Part shown: positions 35,024-44,793 of the stretch, in pieces | Numbering within the stretch: the first letter of the stretch is position 1 | How the letters are laid out: every line of letters begins with the position of its first letter | IMG/VR virus record: IMGVR_UViG_2529292698_000003 | Source of the DNA: a virus | Direction: 5' to 3' (one strand) | DNA: 64,000 bases | The notes under the pieces: generated by a model | What the model saw: the letters and a program-made list of their open reading frames with translations, nothing else | Told to the model about the DNA's origin: nothing | The model's database searches: none | Position numbers and translations under genes: made by a program

Positions 35024-36733
35024 TTAAGCAGGAAACTCAGCTCCTGTTGGTTGTAAAATAAAATCTAGGTTGATAAATTCTGCTGTTCGTGTTGGTTGAA
35101 TGTAAATTTGGCCTACTAATTGGTTTCTATCAATTACATCAGGTGTATTTAATGTATCATCCATAATCACTTTAAACGCATATAATCCTTGTTTTTGTTT
35201 AATATCTTCTAAATAAGGGTTTACTGTTGCTAAGAATTTATTTCTAGTAGTGATTGAGTTTTGTTCAAATACTAAGTTATCTGCTGTTTGACCAATAAAT
35301 GATTTTAATTCAATTAATAATCTTCTAACATTTACTCTATCAAGTGCAGATGCATCTTTTTGGAGTGTTTTTTGTCCAAATACTACAATTCCTTTTCTAG
35401 GGAAAGTTGCAATTGGGTTAATATTGTTAGCATATAATTCATCTCGGTTTGCTTGAGATAATTTATTTTTAGCTCTAAGTACAGATCCTAAACCACCTCT
35501 GTTAATACCTGCTGGGGCAAACCAAGGTGCAGCTACTTTATCTGTGTTAGCATAAACTCCTCCAATCATTGTTGAAGCAGGAACCCATACTCTTTTACCT
35601 GTTTCTGGGTCTTGGATTCGTAACCAAGGCCAATAAGTAGCAGCATATGAATTATCTCTAGTTTGAGCTTGAGTTACAGCTTCAGCTAATGTTCCATCAT
35701 ATCCAACCATATCAACTACATAAATATTATCTCCACGTAATTGTGTGTTTGTGATAATTGAACTAATTACACCTGTATGTGTAGCAGCTGAGTTTAATAA
35801 TCCTGGGGTAAGTAAGGTATTAAATGAGTAATCATCTTTGTTTGAAAGGAGATTAACCATATTAGTATAGTTACCTGAAGTTAATCCTTGAGTATCTGTA
35901 TTGTCTATGTTTTCGTAAAAATTAGCTCCTCCTTTTACATCACCTGTTGCTCCACTAAATGAACCAGACCCATTTTGTGGAATAGAAGCCGTATATGCTG
36001 AAACTGCTACTCCAGAATTATCTAAGTAATTAGGTGTTGGGGTTACATTTTTAACTCGTACATATCTTGAATTATTAGGGAATGAACCACTAACAATATC
36101 TACTTGGTTTTCTGTTGAGTTATAAGAAACTACTTGATCTCCTATCACACTTGAAATAAATCGTGGAGAATTTGGATCTAAACTTACATTTGTAAATGAT
36201 TCAATAACAACTTTTTTATTTGTTCTATCATTACCCTGACGAATTAATACATTAAATGTACCTGATCCTGTGTTTGAGTTTGTAATTTCCCATCTAACAT
36301 TATCTAAAGATCCTGAAACTAAAGATCCATCAGCATTTAGTGCTCCTGAGTTATTCATGATAATTCCTTCAGAAAGGGTTTCTAAGGCAAATGAAGAAGA
36401 GGTAGCATCAATATAGTTTGAAATTGTTGTTGAAGTTGCAGAAGTATATGATCCTGTCACTACTCTAGCTACTAAAAGTGATTCGCCTCCATTATTAAAA
36501 TAATTATATGCTGCAATTGATGTTAAATATGAATAAGTATCACTTCCACTTATAAGTGAACCCCCAAATCTATTTTTATAATCTGAATATGAGGTTACAA
36601 CTATTGGAATTTCTACTGGTCCTTTAACTGTTGGTCCTATGATTGCTGCTCCTACTTTAACAGGAATAGGAGAAATAAATGTATTATCTATTTCATTAAG
36701 AGATACTCCTGGTGATGTTAAAAAGTTTGCCAT
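35024..36733 (-). CDS. gp18: Tail sheath protein, copy 2
   Basis: SPGVSLNEID, GPTVKGP, WFAPAGINRG, FGQKTL, DRVNVRRL, FEQN, IQPTRTAEFI. Confidence 0.92.
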   Translation of the reverse strand: MANFLTSPGVSLNEIDNTFISPIPVKVGAAIIGPTVKGPVEIPIVVTSYSDYKNRFGGSLISGSDTYSYLTSIAAYNYFNNGGESLLVARVVTGSYTSATSTTISNYIDATSSSFALETLSEGIIMNNSGALNADGSLVSGSLDNVRWEITNSNTGSGTFNVLIRQGNDRTNKKVVIESFTNVSLDPNSPRFISSVIGDQVVSYNSTENQVDIVSGSFPNNSRYVRVKNVTPTPNYLDNSGVAVSAYTASIPQNGSGSFSGATGDVKGGANFYENIDNTDTQGLTSGNYTNMVNLLSNKDDYSFNTLLTPGLLNSAATHTGVISSIITNTQLRGDNIYVVDMVGYDGTLAEAVTQAQTRDNSYAATYWPWLRIQDPETGKRVWVPASTMIGGVYANTDKVAAPWFAPAGINRGGLGSVLRAKNKLSQANRDELYANNINPIATFPRKGIVVFGQKTLQKDASALDRVNVRRLLIELKSFIGQTADNLVFEQNSITTRNKFLATVNPYLEDIKQKQGLYAFKVIMDDTLNTPDVIDRNQLVGQIYIQPTRTAEFINLDFILQPTGAEFPA

Positions 36734-36755
36734 TTTATATTAGTGATTAATTTTA

Positions 36756-36765
36756 TTATAAATAT
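36756..36765 (-). promoter_or_regulatory. Class 2 late-type motif ATATTTATAA
   Basis: Exact motif. Confidence 0.65.
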
Positions 36766-36772
36766 TGGTTTT

Positions 36773-38491
36773 TTATTCAAAAGTTACTCCTGTTTGTGTA
36801 ACATTAAAATCTAATACTATAAATTCAGCTGTTCTTACAGGTTGGAGATATATGGCACCAACAAGTTGGTTATTATCAATTACAGTTGGTGTATTATTAG
36901 TTTCATCCATTACTACTCTATACGTGTATAAACCTTGTCTTTGTTGAACAGATGATAAATAAGGATTTACTTGAGATGTAAAATCGTTACGTGTTGCTAC
37001 AGTATTTTGTTCAAATACTAATGAATCTGCAATTTGTTTTATAGTAGATTTTAATTCTATTAATAAACGACGTACATTTACTCTATCTAAAGCACTTTTC
37101 TTTTTCTGAAGTGTTTTTTGTCCAAATACTGTTACTCCTGAGTTAGGGAAAGTAGCAATTGGGTTGATATTTGCTTCATATAAAGTATCTCTATTTCCTT
37201 GGGTTAAAATTCTTTCTGCTTTAATTACTGTAGGTAAAGTTCCACGAGTAATTCCTGCTGGTGCTATCCAAGGTTCTGAAATTGAATCTGTAAAAGCATA
37301 GATACTTGGCACCATTGTTGAAGCAGGTACCCAAACTTGTTGTCCCGTATTAGGATCTAAGGTTTGTAACCAAGGCCAATAAGTAGAAGAGTATGAATTG
37401 TTTACAGTAGATGCTTCACTTACTACTTCCGATATATTAGCGTTGTAATCTAACATATCTACTATAGCCATAGTATCACCTCTTTCTTGACATTTTGTAA
37501 TTAAAGAATTTACTACAGAAGCATGAGAAGCAAAATCTCTAACCAATCCAGGTGTTGAAATATATTTAAATTGATATTCGTCTTTATTAGAAAGAAGATT
37601 TATTGCTTGTGTATAGTCTGAAGCTATTAAACCTTGTGAGTTAGTATTAGTTATATTATCATAGTATTTTCCTTCTGTTGCTGGGATATTAGTTCCTGTT
37701 GCACTACCAAATGAACCACTTGAAGCTATTGGAATTGATGAAGTAAAGGCAGATACTGGGTCTCCTGAATTGTCTATATAATAAGGGGTTTTTCTGTTTA
37801 CTTGTTTAACTCTTATATATCTAGATTGGTTTTGATAATTACCAGAGAGTTGAAGAAAGGTATCAGAGCCATCAGTTGCTATAGTTGTGGTTTGATTACC
37901 TATGACTTTTTCAATATAATTAGGGGTTGTTGGATCTAGTGTTAAATTATCCCATGTTTCTAATACCACAGGAGAAATTCTATCATCATCTCCTCTACGA
38001 ACTAGTAAAGTAAAAGTACCTGAAGAGGTGTTAGGGGAGACGATTTGCCATCTTATATTATCTGAGGAGCCTGAAGGGAGGGAATTATCTGCATTTTCTG
38101 TAGAATCACTATTCATAATTATCCCTTCAGATAATGTTTCAAGTTCAAATATTGTACCTAATGTTCCATCACTACCAGAAATGAATGAGCTAGTAGCAGG
38201 TGTAAATGAACCACTTGTAACACGTGTTACTAACAATGAAGTTCCTCCTCTATTAAAGTAATTATATGCTGAAATTGAAGTAAAATAAGTATAGTTTTGG
38301 CTTCCACTAATAAAAGAAGTACCAAACTTATTTACATATTCAGAATAAGTTGTTACAATTGTTGGTCTTTCAACAGGTCCTTTTACTGTAGGACCAATGA
38401 TAGCAGCCCCAGCTTCAATAGGTTGTTGAGTAATAAATGATTGATCATTTTCAACAGTTAATACTCCAGGGGATAATATAGTTTCAGCCAT
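36773..38491 (-). CDS. gp18: Tail sheath protein, copy 1
   Basis: SPGVLTVEND, GPTVKGP, WIAPAGITRG, FGQKTL, DRVNVRRL, LQPVRTAEFI. Confidence 0.92.
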   Translation of the reverse strand: MAETILSPGVLTVENDQSFITQQPIEAGAAIIGPTVKGPVERPTIVTTYSEYVNKFGTSFISGSQNYTYFTSISAYNYFNRGGTSLLVTRVTSGSFTPATSSFISGSDGTLGTIFELETLSEGIIMNSDSTENADNSLPSGSSDNIRWQIVSPNTSSGTFTLLVRRGDDDRISPVVLETWDNLTLDPTTPNYIEKVIGNQTTTIATDGSDTFLQLSGNYQNQSRYIRVKQVNRKTPYYIDNSGDPVSAFTSSIPIASSGSFGSATGTNIPATEGKYYDNITNTNSQGLIASDYTQAINLLSNKDEYQFKYISTPGLVRDFASHASVVNSLITKCQERGDTMAIVDMLDYNANISEVVSEASTVNNSYSSTYWPWLQTLDPNTGQQVWVPASTMVPSIYAFTDSISEPWIAPAGITRGTLPTVIKAERILTQGNRDTLYEANINPIATFPNSGVTVFGQKTLQKKKSALDRVNVRRLLIELKSTIKQIADSLVFEQNTVATRNDFTSQVNPYLSSVQQRQGLYTYRVVMDETNNTPTVIDNNQLVGAIYLQPVRTAEFIVLDFNVTQTGVTFE

Positions 38492-38505
38492 TTAATGTAT
38501 TTTAT

Positions 38506-38515
38506 TTATAAATAT
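38506..38515 (-). promoter_or_regulatory. Class 2 late-type motif ATATTTATAA
   Basis: Exact motif. Confidence 0.65.
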
Positions 38516-38788
38516 TTAAGAGTTTTGGTCTATTTTAGAAAACTCACCTGTTTCGACATTTAATGAAATATCGCCATATTTTTCTTTTATAGATTTTGTG
38601 AAAGATAGTTCTTTTGTTTGAGTTTCTTTTAGAGTTTTTTTAACATTTTCGTATCTTTCTTCTATTTGTATTTTAATAATTTCAATTTCACCTAATTCAA
38701 ATTGGAGGTTTTGAAAGTCTTGTTGTAATAAACGTAATGTTTCTAATTCCTCTTTAGTTAAAACATTTTTTTCTGTAACAATTGGCAT
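38516..38788 (-). CDS. Small coiled-coil protein (fibre chaperone-like)
   Basis: Heptad pattern, after fibre-like genes. Confidence 0.55.
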   Translation of the reverse strand: MPIVTEKNVLTKEELETLRLLQQDFQNLQFELGEIEIIKIQIEERYENVKKTLKETQTKELSFTKSIKEKYGDISLNVETGEFSKIDQNS

Positions 38789-38818
38789 ATTTTTTATTTT
38801 TATAAATTTAAAATTTAA

Positions 38819-39583
38819 TTAACTTACTGTCCATTCACTTCCTGTTGATGTGTATATTTGTACATTCCAACCTGATGAATATCCAGTTAATTCAATCTTA
38901 GTATCAGGATATGGTTTTCCAGCATTTGATTGGATTAGAAATGAAGAAGATACAAATTGGCCTGTTCCTCCTTGGGCACCTAAAATATTTCCATACATCT
39001 TTCCAGCAGTTTGTTGTAATCTAAAATCAGCACTTGCTCCAGGAGTAGGATTTGTGAATAAAATAGTATATTTTGTTGGAATTAAAGGAGTAGTATCTAA
39101 AGACAATCTAACATCATTTACCCCATCTTGTCCTAAATCTACTAATAGAGTCCCTCCAGCATAAACAACATTCTCGATTGCAGTATTTACTGCTGAGCTA
39201 TTGTCTACAGATGTGTATGGAGAATAAAAGTTATCTCCATTAAATGCTACACTTCCTGTTACTATTAAACTACCTGAGATTATGGCTGATCCTGTATATG
39301 GGAAAGAAGCACCTCCCTCTCCTGCATTTAAGGCATATGAAGCAGTAATAGCATGAGATGAAGTAGTTGCATAAGATGAAGAAATTGCTGTTTGTGATAG
39401 TAGAGCATTTGTTGAATATGATGCTGTACCATTCATTGTTGTTCCACTTCCTAAAATTAAGGAACCTGATATAGTAATATCATAGGCTTCAGTGCCTGTA
39501 AAAGCATCTATAGATTGGGTCACATGCCATGTTTCGACAGTATTTCCTGTGGTTATTCCGATTTTTGATAGAGTGCTAGCCAT
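38819..39583 (-). CDS. Virion structural / fibre-like protein
   Basis: Ser/Thr/Gly-rich, ISGS and SSSYA..A..A motifs; late motif upstream. Confidence 0.55.
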   Translation of the reverse strand: MASTLSKIGITTGNTVETWHVTQSIDAFTGTEAYDITISGSLILGSGTTMNGTASYSTNALLSQTAISSSYATTSSHAITASYALNAGEGGASFPYTGSAIISGSLIVTGSVAFNGDNFYSPYTSVDNSSAVNTAIENVVYAGGTLLVDLGQDGVNDVRLSLDTTPLIPTKYTILFTNPTPGASADFRLQQTAGKMYGNILGAQGGTGQFVSSSFLIQSNAGKPYPDTKIELTGYSSGWNVQIYTSTGSEWTVS

Positions 39584-39593
39584 TTATTTTTTA

Positions 39594-39603
39594 TTATAAA
39601 TAT
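39594..39603 (-). promoter_or_regulatory. Class 2 late-type motif ATATTTATAA
   Basis: Exact motif. Confidence 0.65.
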
Positions 39604-39621
39604 TAAAGATATTTGAATGTA

Positions 39622-39849
39622 TTATAAATCTAAAATATTTTTTAATTGTTGGATTTGTTCTAGTGTTAAGTTTGTGAAATCTAAATTACTCATATTGGTA
39701 TCTGAGTTTATATTTGGATCTTCAAAAACAATTTCCCTAGATATTCTATTTTCAATAGTTGCCTGTTCTTCAGTTTGACAATCATGTACATCTACATGCC
39801 AACTATCTTGACCATTTCCTTGTAATTTGTATGTATATTTTGTTATCAT
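39622..39849 (-). CDS. Small hypothetical protein coupled to fibre gene
   Basis: TAATG overlap with 39849-42395. Confidence 0.55.
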   Translation of the reverse strand: MITKYTYKLQGNGQDSWHVDVHDCQTEEQATIENRISREIVFEDPNINSDTNMSNLDFTNLTLEQIQQLKNILDL

Positions 39850-42395
39850 TATAGTTCTAATTTAATTCCTACTCTAAATTGTACTGCAGTTGGGTTAGTG
39901 GTAAAAGTAGGGGTCTCTATGTTTACGAAAGTTCTACCAGCATTAATAGATATTGATAAACCTGTAATTATAAATTCTTGATGTCTGCTAGTTGCAGTTA
40001 CAGTCGATGACAATGTGTTACTTGTTGCTCCACCATCGGATAAAAAATTAACTGTTATATTTTCACCACTAGCAAATGTACTAGCATTATAAACTCCAAT
40101 ATAAGCTTCTGTTATTGTTCCTGATGGGAGGGGTATATGAGCAACTGCATTCACACTGGTTTGTAAACTTGTCATTTGTCCAAGACGATAAGTAGCATTA
40201 TCTGCTAATGAAGAATTGCTAACATTAAAATATGAGAATGCAAGAGCGGTAGATCCACCTGTATTTAAAGCGTGAGATGCTGTTACAGCATATGATGAAC
40301 TTATAATACCTGTGATTCCACTACCATCTCCATAATATGATCCAGTATAAGAAGAAGCAGTCACTCCACTTTGGACCTCTAAAGAACCTCCTATACCTAC
40401 ATCACCTGCAGCATCTATTGTAATTCTATCTGTAAGTGTTCCACCTACACGGGTTCTTAATCCAAATTTAGAGTCACCATCAGTACCGTCTGCTTGGAAT
40501 CCAAAGAATCCTGATTGGATATAGGTACTACCATCATAAGCAAAAGCATTTACTGCCCCAATATAATCATTATTAGCAACTGAGGAAGAAGCTGCTGCCG
40601 TACCATGTGATTTGAAAAATCTTATATCAGGACCATCAGAAGTATCATCGTGTTGGGCTACTCTAACTTGTGCTTCTCCACTTGATTCACCAACTAAATC
40701 TAATTTTACTTGAGGAGTTGAGGTTCCAATACCTACCCTTTGATTAACCGTATCAATAGATAATAGATTAGAAGATGTAACTTGTGTGTTAGCTCCAACA
40801 ATAAGGATTTCATTTTCAGCTCCTAAATTTCCAAGCTGTAATGCTGAACCTGTTATGTTACCATCTACATCTAAATCTCCATGGACTGTAAAACCATCCA
40901 CCCCTGATGATGCAGTTGCAGCATATGAAGATGATGTTGCAGTATCTGCATTACCTTCTAAATCTCCTTGAAATGATCCGGTAATTGTTATTCCATCCAA
41001 TATGTTTGTGTTTTGCCATTCTGCTCCAGCCCAGTATAGTAGATCTCCAGTTGTAACTGATGATATGGTTACATCATTTAAGTCTCCTAAATTTGTAACA
41101 ACTGGTGCACTAGCTGCCCCACCTGCCCCAGTAGTTCTAAATGCTCCTGCTTGGATAAATCTGGCATCATCTGTATCTGTTAAATCTGTTGCACCACTTT
41201 CTACTATTAAATATCCTAAAAATATTGCTTGGTTATTTGTGTTATCGTTTTCTTCAAATTCCTCAAAAGGGAGATTTTGAAGGGCTTGTGCTATTGTACC
41301 ATATTGTTGTCTACCATAATAAACACCTAATGTGTCTGGTGATTTAGGGAAGAAAAATATTCGTTGGATTTGGAATTTATTAGGATCCATCGATGATAAT
41401 CCAGTAGGAGTACTAGGAGTATTATAATTATCAGGATCTATTACTGTAGTTCCGGTTGTTGTTACAAACTCAGAACCAGATGCATAGTATCTAAATATTC
41501 CAGGAGCAGAAGCAGCTTCATCACTCATTAATGATGGATTATCAGGGTCAAATGCATAGTTTCTACCAACTGCAAATGAAGTACCTGCTGATCTATCTAA
41601 TGATAGATTAGTACCATTTGCTGAGATTGTGTGTCCTGATATTTTAACTCCACCAAATGATCTTACAAATGTAAATAATTGTTGTGTTGCTGCGTAAGAG
41701 GGTTGAGTGAAAGATTTTACTAAGGTTATATTAGTTCGGTTGGGGTGTAAAACTACACCCACTTGTATGTTCTCTCTAAATTGAAGTTCTGTAGGAGATG
41801 AAGTTTGTTGTATCAAGTTACCACTACCATCAATGAGTAACCAAGTTGTATCAGCAACTGCTAAATTTGTAATAGATTGACTAGTAAAATCACCCCACTT
41901 TACGTTATTAATAGTTGGGTATGGTCCTTCGCTAGCTGTAAAAGCGTTCATTGTTGTAATGATACCTTCCCCAGCAGCTACATCAAAGGTTGTTGTTCCA
42001 GGGGTTCCACTTACTATACCACCATATAATATCCCCGTATTAATATTACCTTCTAACCAACGTAAACGTGTTACGTTATTGTATCCCCCACCATTTTGGG
42101 AGAAATATAGATCAGATGTTGAACCTGATACGTAAATATAGGATGCGGATATGTCTGTATCAATGTTTGTTGTTACTGGGTCAAATCTATGATATCCGTA
42201 TGTTTGAATATCTCCAAATACTTGTAAAGCTGAGGGTGGTTCTCCTGGATTTGATCCTGATATGATCATGGTTCCATTTAATTCATGGGAACCTGTGTGG
42301 TTGAATGAACCTGTCAGTTCAATACCATCTGTTACTAATAATGAATTTAAAGCAGCATCAGAACCGCTTACTATTACTTTTTTCCAATTTGGCAT
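39849..42395 (-). CDS. Tail fibre-like protein
   Basis: 848 aa; MPNWKKVIVSGS start, RVGIGTSTPQVKLD fibre motif, S/T/G-rich. Confidence 0.65.
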   Translation of the reverse strand: MPNWKKVIVSGSDAALNSLLVTDGIELTGSFNHTGSHELNGTMIISGSNPGEPPSALQVFGDIQTYGYHRFDPVTTNIDTDISASYIYVSGSTSDLYFSQNGGGYNNVTRLRWLEGNINTGILYGGIVSGTPGTTTFDVAAGEGIITTMNAFTASEGPYPTINNVKWGDFTSQSITNLAVADTTWLLIDGSGNLIQQTSSPTELQFRENIQVGVVLHPNRTNITLVKSFTQPSYAATQQLFTFVRSFGGVKISGHTISANGTNLSLDRSAGTSFAVGRNYAFDPDNPSLMSDEAASAPGIFRYYASGSEFVTTTGTTVIDPDNYNTPSTPTGLSSMDPNKFQIQRIFFFPKSPDTLGVYYGRQQYGTIAQALQNLPFEEFEENDNTNNQAIFLGYLIVESGATDLTDTDDARFIQAGAFRTTGAGGAASAPVVTNLGDLNDVTISSVTTGDLLYWAGAEWQNTNILDGITITGSFQGDLEGNADTATSSSYAATASSGVDGFTVHGDLDVDGNITGSALQLGNLGAENEILIVGANTQVTSSNLLSIDTVNQRVGIGTSTPQVKLDLVGESSGEAQVRVAQHDDTSDGPDIRFFKSHGTAAASSSVANNDYIGAVNAFAYDGSTYIQSGFFGFQADGTDGDSKFGLRTRVGGTLTDRITIDAAGDVGIGGSLEVQSGVTASSYTGSYYGDGSGITGIISSSYAVTASHALNTGGSTALAFSYFNVSNSSLADNATYRLGQMTSLQTSVNAVAHIPLPSGTITEAYIGVYNASTFASGENITVNFLSDGGATSNTLSSTVTATSRHQEFIITGLSISINAGRTFVNIETPTFTTNPTAVQFRVGIKLEL

Positions 42396-42462
42396 ATAAT
42401 TTTAATTATGGTTGGTTACAACAAATGTGTGTTGCCCACTTCCCGTAAGGGCCAATAATTTA

Positions 42463-42472
42463 TTATAAATAT
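42463..42472 (-). promoter_or_regulatory. Class 2 late-type motif ATATTTATAA
   Basis: Exact motif, 68 nt upstream of fibre ATG. Confidence 0.65.
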
Positions 42473-42473
42473 G

Positions 42474-42704
42474 TTATACTTTTGTTTTAGATCTAGTAGA
42501 TTTTTTAATCTCTTTAATTCCGTCTGCCTTGATAGATTTTTCTTGTTCTAAAACTTGTTTTGCATCGTTTAATTCTTGTTCAAGTTTTATTTGGAGTTGG
42601 GCTATAAATTGAGCAGAAGAACCTTTTATATCTATTACATTAAGTGATTGTCTCAATGTAGCAATTTCTTCTATTGATAAATTTTCAATTGAAAATAAAA
42701 CCAT
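42474..42704 (-). CDS. Small hypothetical protein
   Basis: 76 aa ORF. Confidence 0.55.
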   Translation of the reverse strand: MVLFSIENLSIEEIATLRQSLNVIDIKGSSAQFIAQLQIKLEQELNDAKQVLEQEKSIKADGIKEIKKSTRSKTKV

Positions 42705-42706
42705 AA

Positions 42707-42913
42707 CTATTTAGTAATGTTTAAATATTGTTTTTGCAGTTTAACAACTAAATTATATAAATTCTCAATATCTTCTCCAAGGAAAGTTGATCTTTTTATT
42801 AAAGAAAGTAAAATCTCTATCTCTTGAAGGTTAAGTTGTTCAGGAGATAGAGATGTTTGAGAATTTAGTTGTGGTTGGTCTTTAATATTTAAATTGGTGG
42901 CTTTAAAACCCAT
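42707..42913 (-). CDS. Small hypothetical protein
   Basis: Start moved to ATG 42913 (MGFKATNL) to avoid overlap with 42939-44171. Confidence 0.5.
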   Translation of the reverse strand: MGFKATNLNIKDQPQLNSQTSLSPEQLNLQEIEILLSLIKRSTFLGEDIENLYNLVVKLQKQYLNITK

Positions 42914-42938
42914 AACTTTTTTTAATATTTTATTTAAA

Positions 42939-44171
42939 TTAAGAATAAATCCAAATGCTTTCATCACCTGAAGAGACATAAATATTACCAACAGCATCAT
43001 ATCTAGCATCAGGCCCAGAGGTATTTGGGTTTGTACTAGCTAAAGTTGTAACTGCTGACATAAAAGCATCTGGGGTATAAGCTGAACTATTTGCTGCAAA
43101 GCTACTAGTTACACCCCAACGTGTTGTTGCTGAGTCATATCCAAATAGTTCTCCAATATCTTGAGTTGCTTGTTGTACTACAATACCACCATCTCCAGTT
43201 CCTGTTGAACCAGAAGCAAACAATACGAATCTATCTGCTACTTCTAAATTAGTAGTATTTTGGAATGAGGCAGTACCTTGTACAATAAGGTCATTATTGA
43301 TTGTAATAGTATCACCTGAGAAGGTTCTATTACCAGAAATTGTGTCTGCTAAGCCAATTGTATATGAAGGTCCTCCACCTAATGCTTGTGCTGCAGTACC
43401 TGTAATATCAATTTCTCCTGCAGTTTGTGTTAAAGTAATAGTAGTATTACCTTCAACGGCAGTTCCTGATGTTGAGCCATAGTCAACATTTAATAATCCA
43501 CCACCACTAGCAGATAGACCGGTTCCATCAATAGTATCTACATCTAAACCAACACCATTAGCAGTTACAGAAACGGGTTTTACATTACCGCCTGTGGTTG
43601 AATCTGCTTGAACAGAAACGGTAGCTGTTGTCGATCCATCATATGTAAAGTCTGCGATACCATTTCCATCTGTTAAATCAGGTAAATCAGTTGTTCCAAC
43701 AAAGGAACCGCTAAATGATCCTGTGAAGCTGTTTACACCAATTGTACCTAAAGATGTTGCAATAGCGTCTGTATCAACACCTCCATCTTTGATACTAATT
43801 GTTTTAGCAGTACCACCGTTATAAGTTGTACCAGAATCTAATTGTAGAGTAGCATTGTCTACTGTTAGATCGTTTAAGTTGCTTCCTAATGAAATTCCAC
43901 TAATTGTAGAATTAGCTAATGATGAGTTTGGAATTGCAGATAAACCAAAAGTTAGAGTATCTGTACCAGCATTTGCAGATATAGTAAGACCTTGGTCTGA
44001 GGATGAAGCGAATGTTAAATTTCCATTAGCATCATCTGCTAATAATAGAGTTCCATCATATGATGCGGTTGCAAATGCATTTTGCGCTGTTACTGATGTT
44101 ATATAGCCTGCATCATTATTAAATTGAGATATATCACTTCCGGATACTGCTACTTTTTTCCAAGTTGCCAT
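42939..44171 (-). CDS. Fibre-like virion protein
   Basis: MATWKKVAVSGS start shared with 39849-42395; beta-rich G/T/S/D composition. Confidence 0.6.
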   Translation of the reverse strand: MATWKKVAVSGSDISQFNNDAGYITSVTAQNAFATASYDGTLLLADDANGNLTFASSSDQGLTISANAGTDTLTFGLSAIPNSSLANSTISGISLGSNLNDLTVDNATLQLDSGTTYNGGTAKTISIKDGGVDTDAIATSLGTIGVNSFTGSFSGSFVGTTDLPDLTDGNGIADFTYDGSTTATVSVQADSTTGGNVKPVSVTANGVGLDVDTIDGTGLSASGGGLLNVDYGSTSGTAVEGNTTITLTQTAGEIDITGTAAQALGGGPSYTIGLADTISGNRTFSGDTITINNDLIVQGTASFQNTTNLEVADRFVLFASGSTGTGDGGIVVQQATQDIGELFGYDSATTRWGVTSSFAANSSAYTPDAFMSAVTTLASTNPNTSGPDARYDAVGNIYVSSGDESIWIYS

Positions 44172-44194
44172 AATTAATTAATTATTTTATTTTA

Positions 44195-44204
44195 TTATAA
44201 ATAT
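44195..44204 (-). promoter_or_regulatory. Class 2 late-type motif ATATTTATAA
   Basis: Exact motif. Confidence 0.65.
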
Positions 44205-44222
44205 GTTATTTTTTTTTATTTC

Positions 44223-44633
44223 TTAATCTAGCCCCACATAAAATGATTCGGAGGTAAAATATATTCCACCATTAGGGGCAGAAGTTATTAATTCTGATGA
44301 TTGGGTTGAGAATATTACTACCCCACTTTGACTTACTGCTAATATAGGAGCAAAAGAAGTATCTTGAATTAAAAACATTGTAGGGGCATCATTAGTTATA
44401 GTAATAGCACCTGATTCTTCTATGCTTAAAACCTCAAATGATGATGATTTTACTAAAAAAATATCCCCACCTGTACCATTAATATCTAAAGAACCAGTAA
44501 TCTGTGCATCCCCTACAAAAGGAAATACATTTATATCAGTTAATTTACTACCATTTCCTTGAAAAGATCCTGAAAAGGATCCGCTTATGGTATAAGAACC
44601 TGATAAAAGTTGTTCTGGTTTAATTAATGCCAT
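44223..44633 (-). CDS. Virion-associated hypothetical protein
   Basis: SGSFSGSFQG and ITGS motifs like neighbouring fibre-like genes. Confidence 0.55.
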   Translation of the reverse strand: MALIKPEQLLSGSYTISGSFSGSFQGNGSKLTDINVFPFVGDAQITGSLDINGTGGDIFLVKSSSFEVLSIEESGAITITNDAPTMFLIQDTSFAPILAVSQSGVVIFSTQSSELITSAPNGGIYFTSESFYVGLD

Positions 44634-44634
44634 T

Positions 44635-44772
44635 TTATCTTCCTTGGGCTACGTATTTTTTAACGTAATTTTTGCTATTTTTAGATTTGCTAGTTTTTGA
44701 TTTAGCATGTACACCTGGTCTTTTCTTTTTTGGGTGGTAAGTGGTTGATGGTTGTCCTTTTAATTTTGCCAT
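44635..44772 (-). CDS. 45-aa very basic protein (absent from ORF track)
   Basis: MAKLKGQPSTTYHPKKKRPGVHAKSKTSKSKNSKNYVKKYVAQGR; fills the gap exactly, late motif 6 nt upstream. Confidence 0.7.
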   Translation of the reverse strand: MAKLKGQPSTTYHPKKKRPGVHAKSKTSKSKNSKNYVKKYVAQGR

Positions 44773-44777
44773 TTTTT

Positions 44778-44787
44778 GTATAAATAT
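44778..44787 (-). promoter_or_regulatory. Class 2 late-type motif ATATTTATAC
   Basis: TATTTATA core 44779-44786. Confidence 0.6.
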
Positions 44788-44793
44788 TAAATA

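Noticed and set aside
42408-42458. Hammerhead ribozyme reading of the three-way junction
   Set aside because: CUGAnGA and GAAA core nucleotides are absent
3105-43009. ORF-track starts at 3152, 4333, 6933, 43009
   Set aside because: They run through promoters or neighbouring genes; downstream ATGs (3104, 4306, 6879, 42913) fit better
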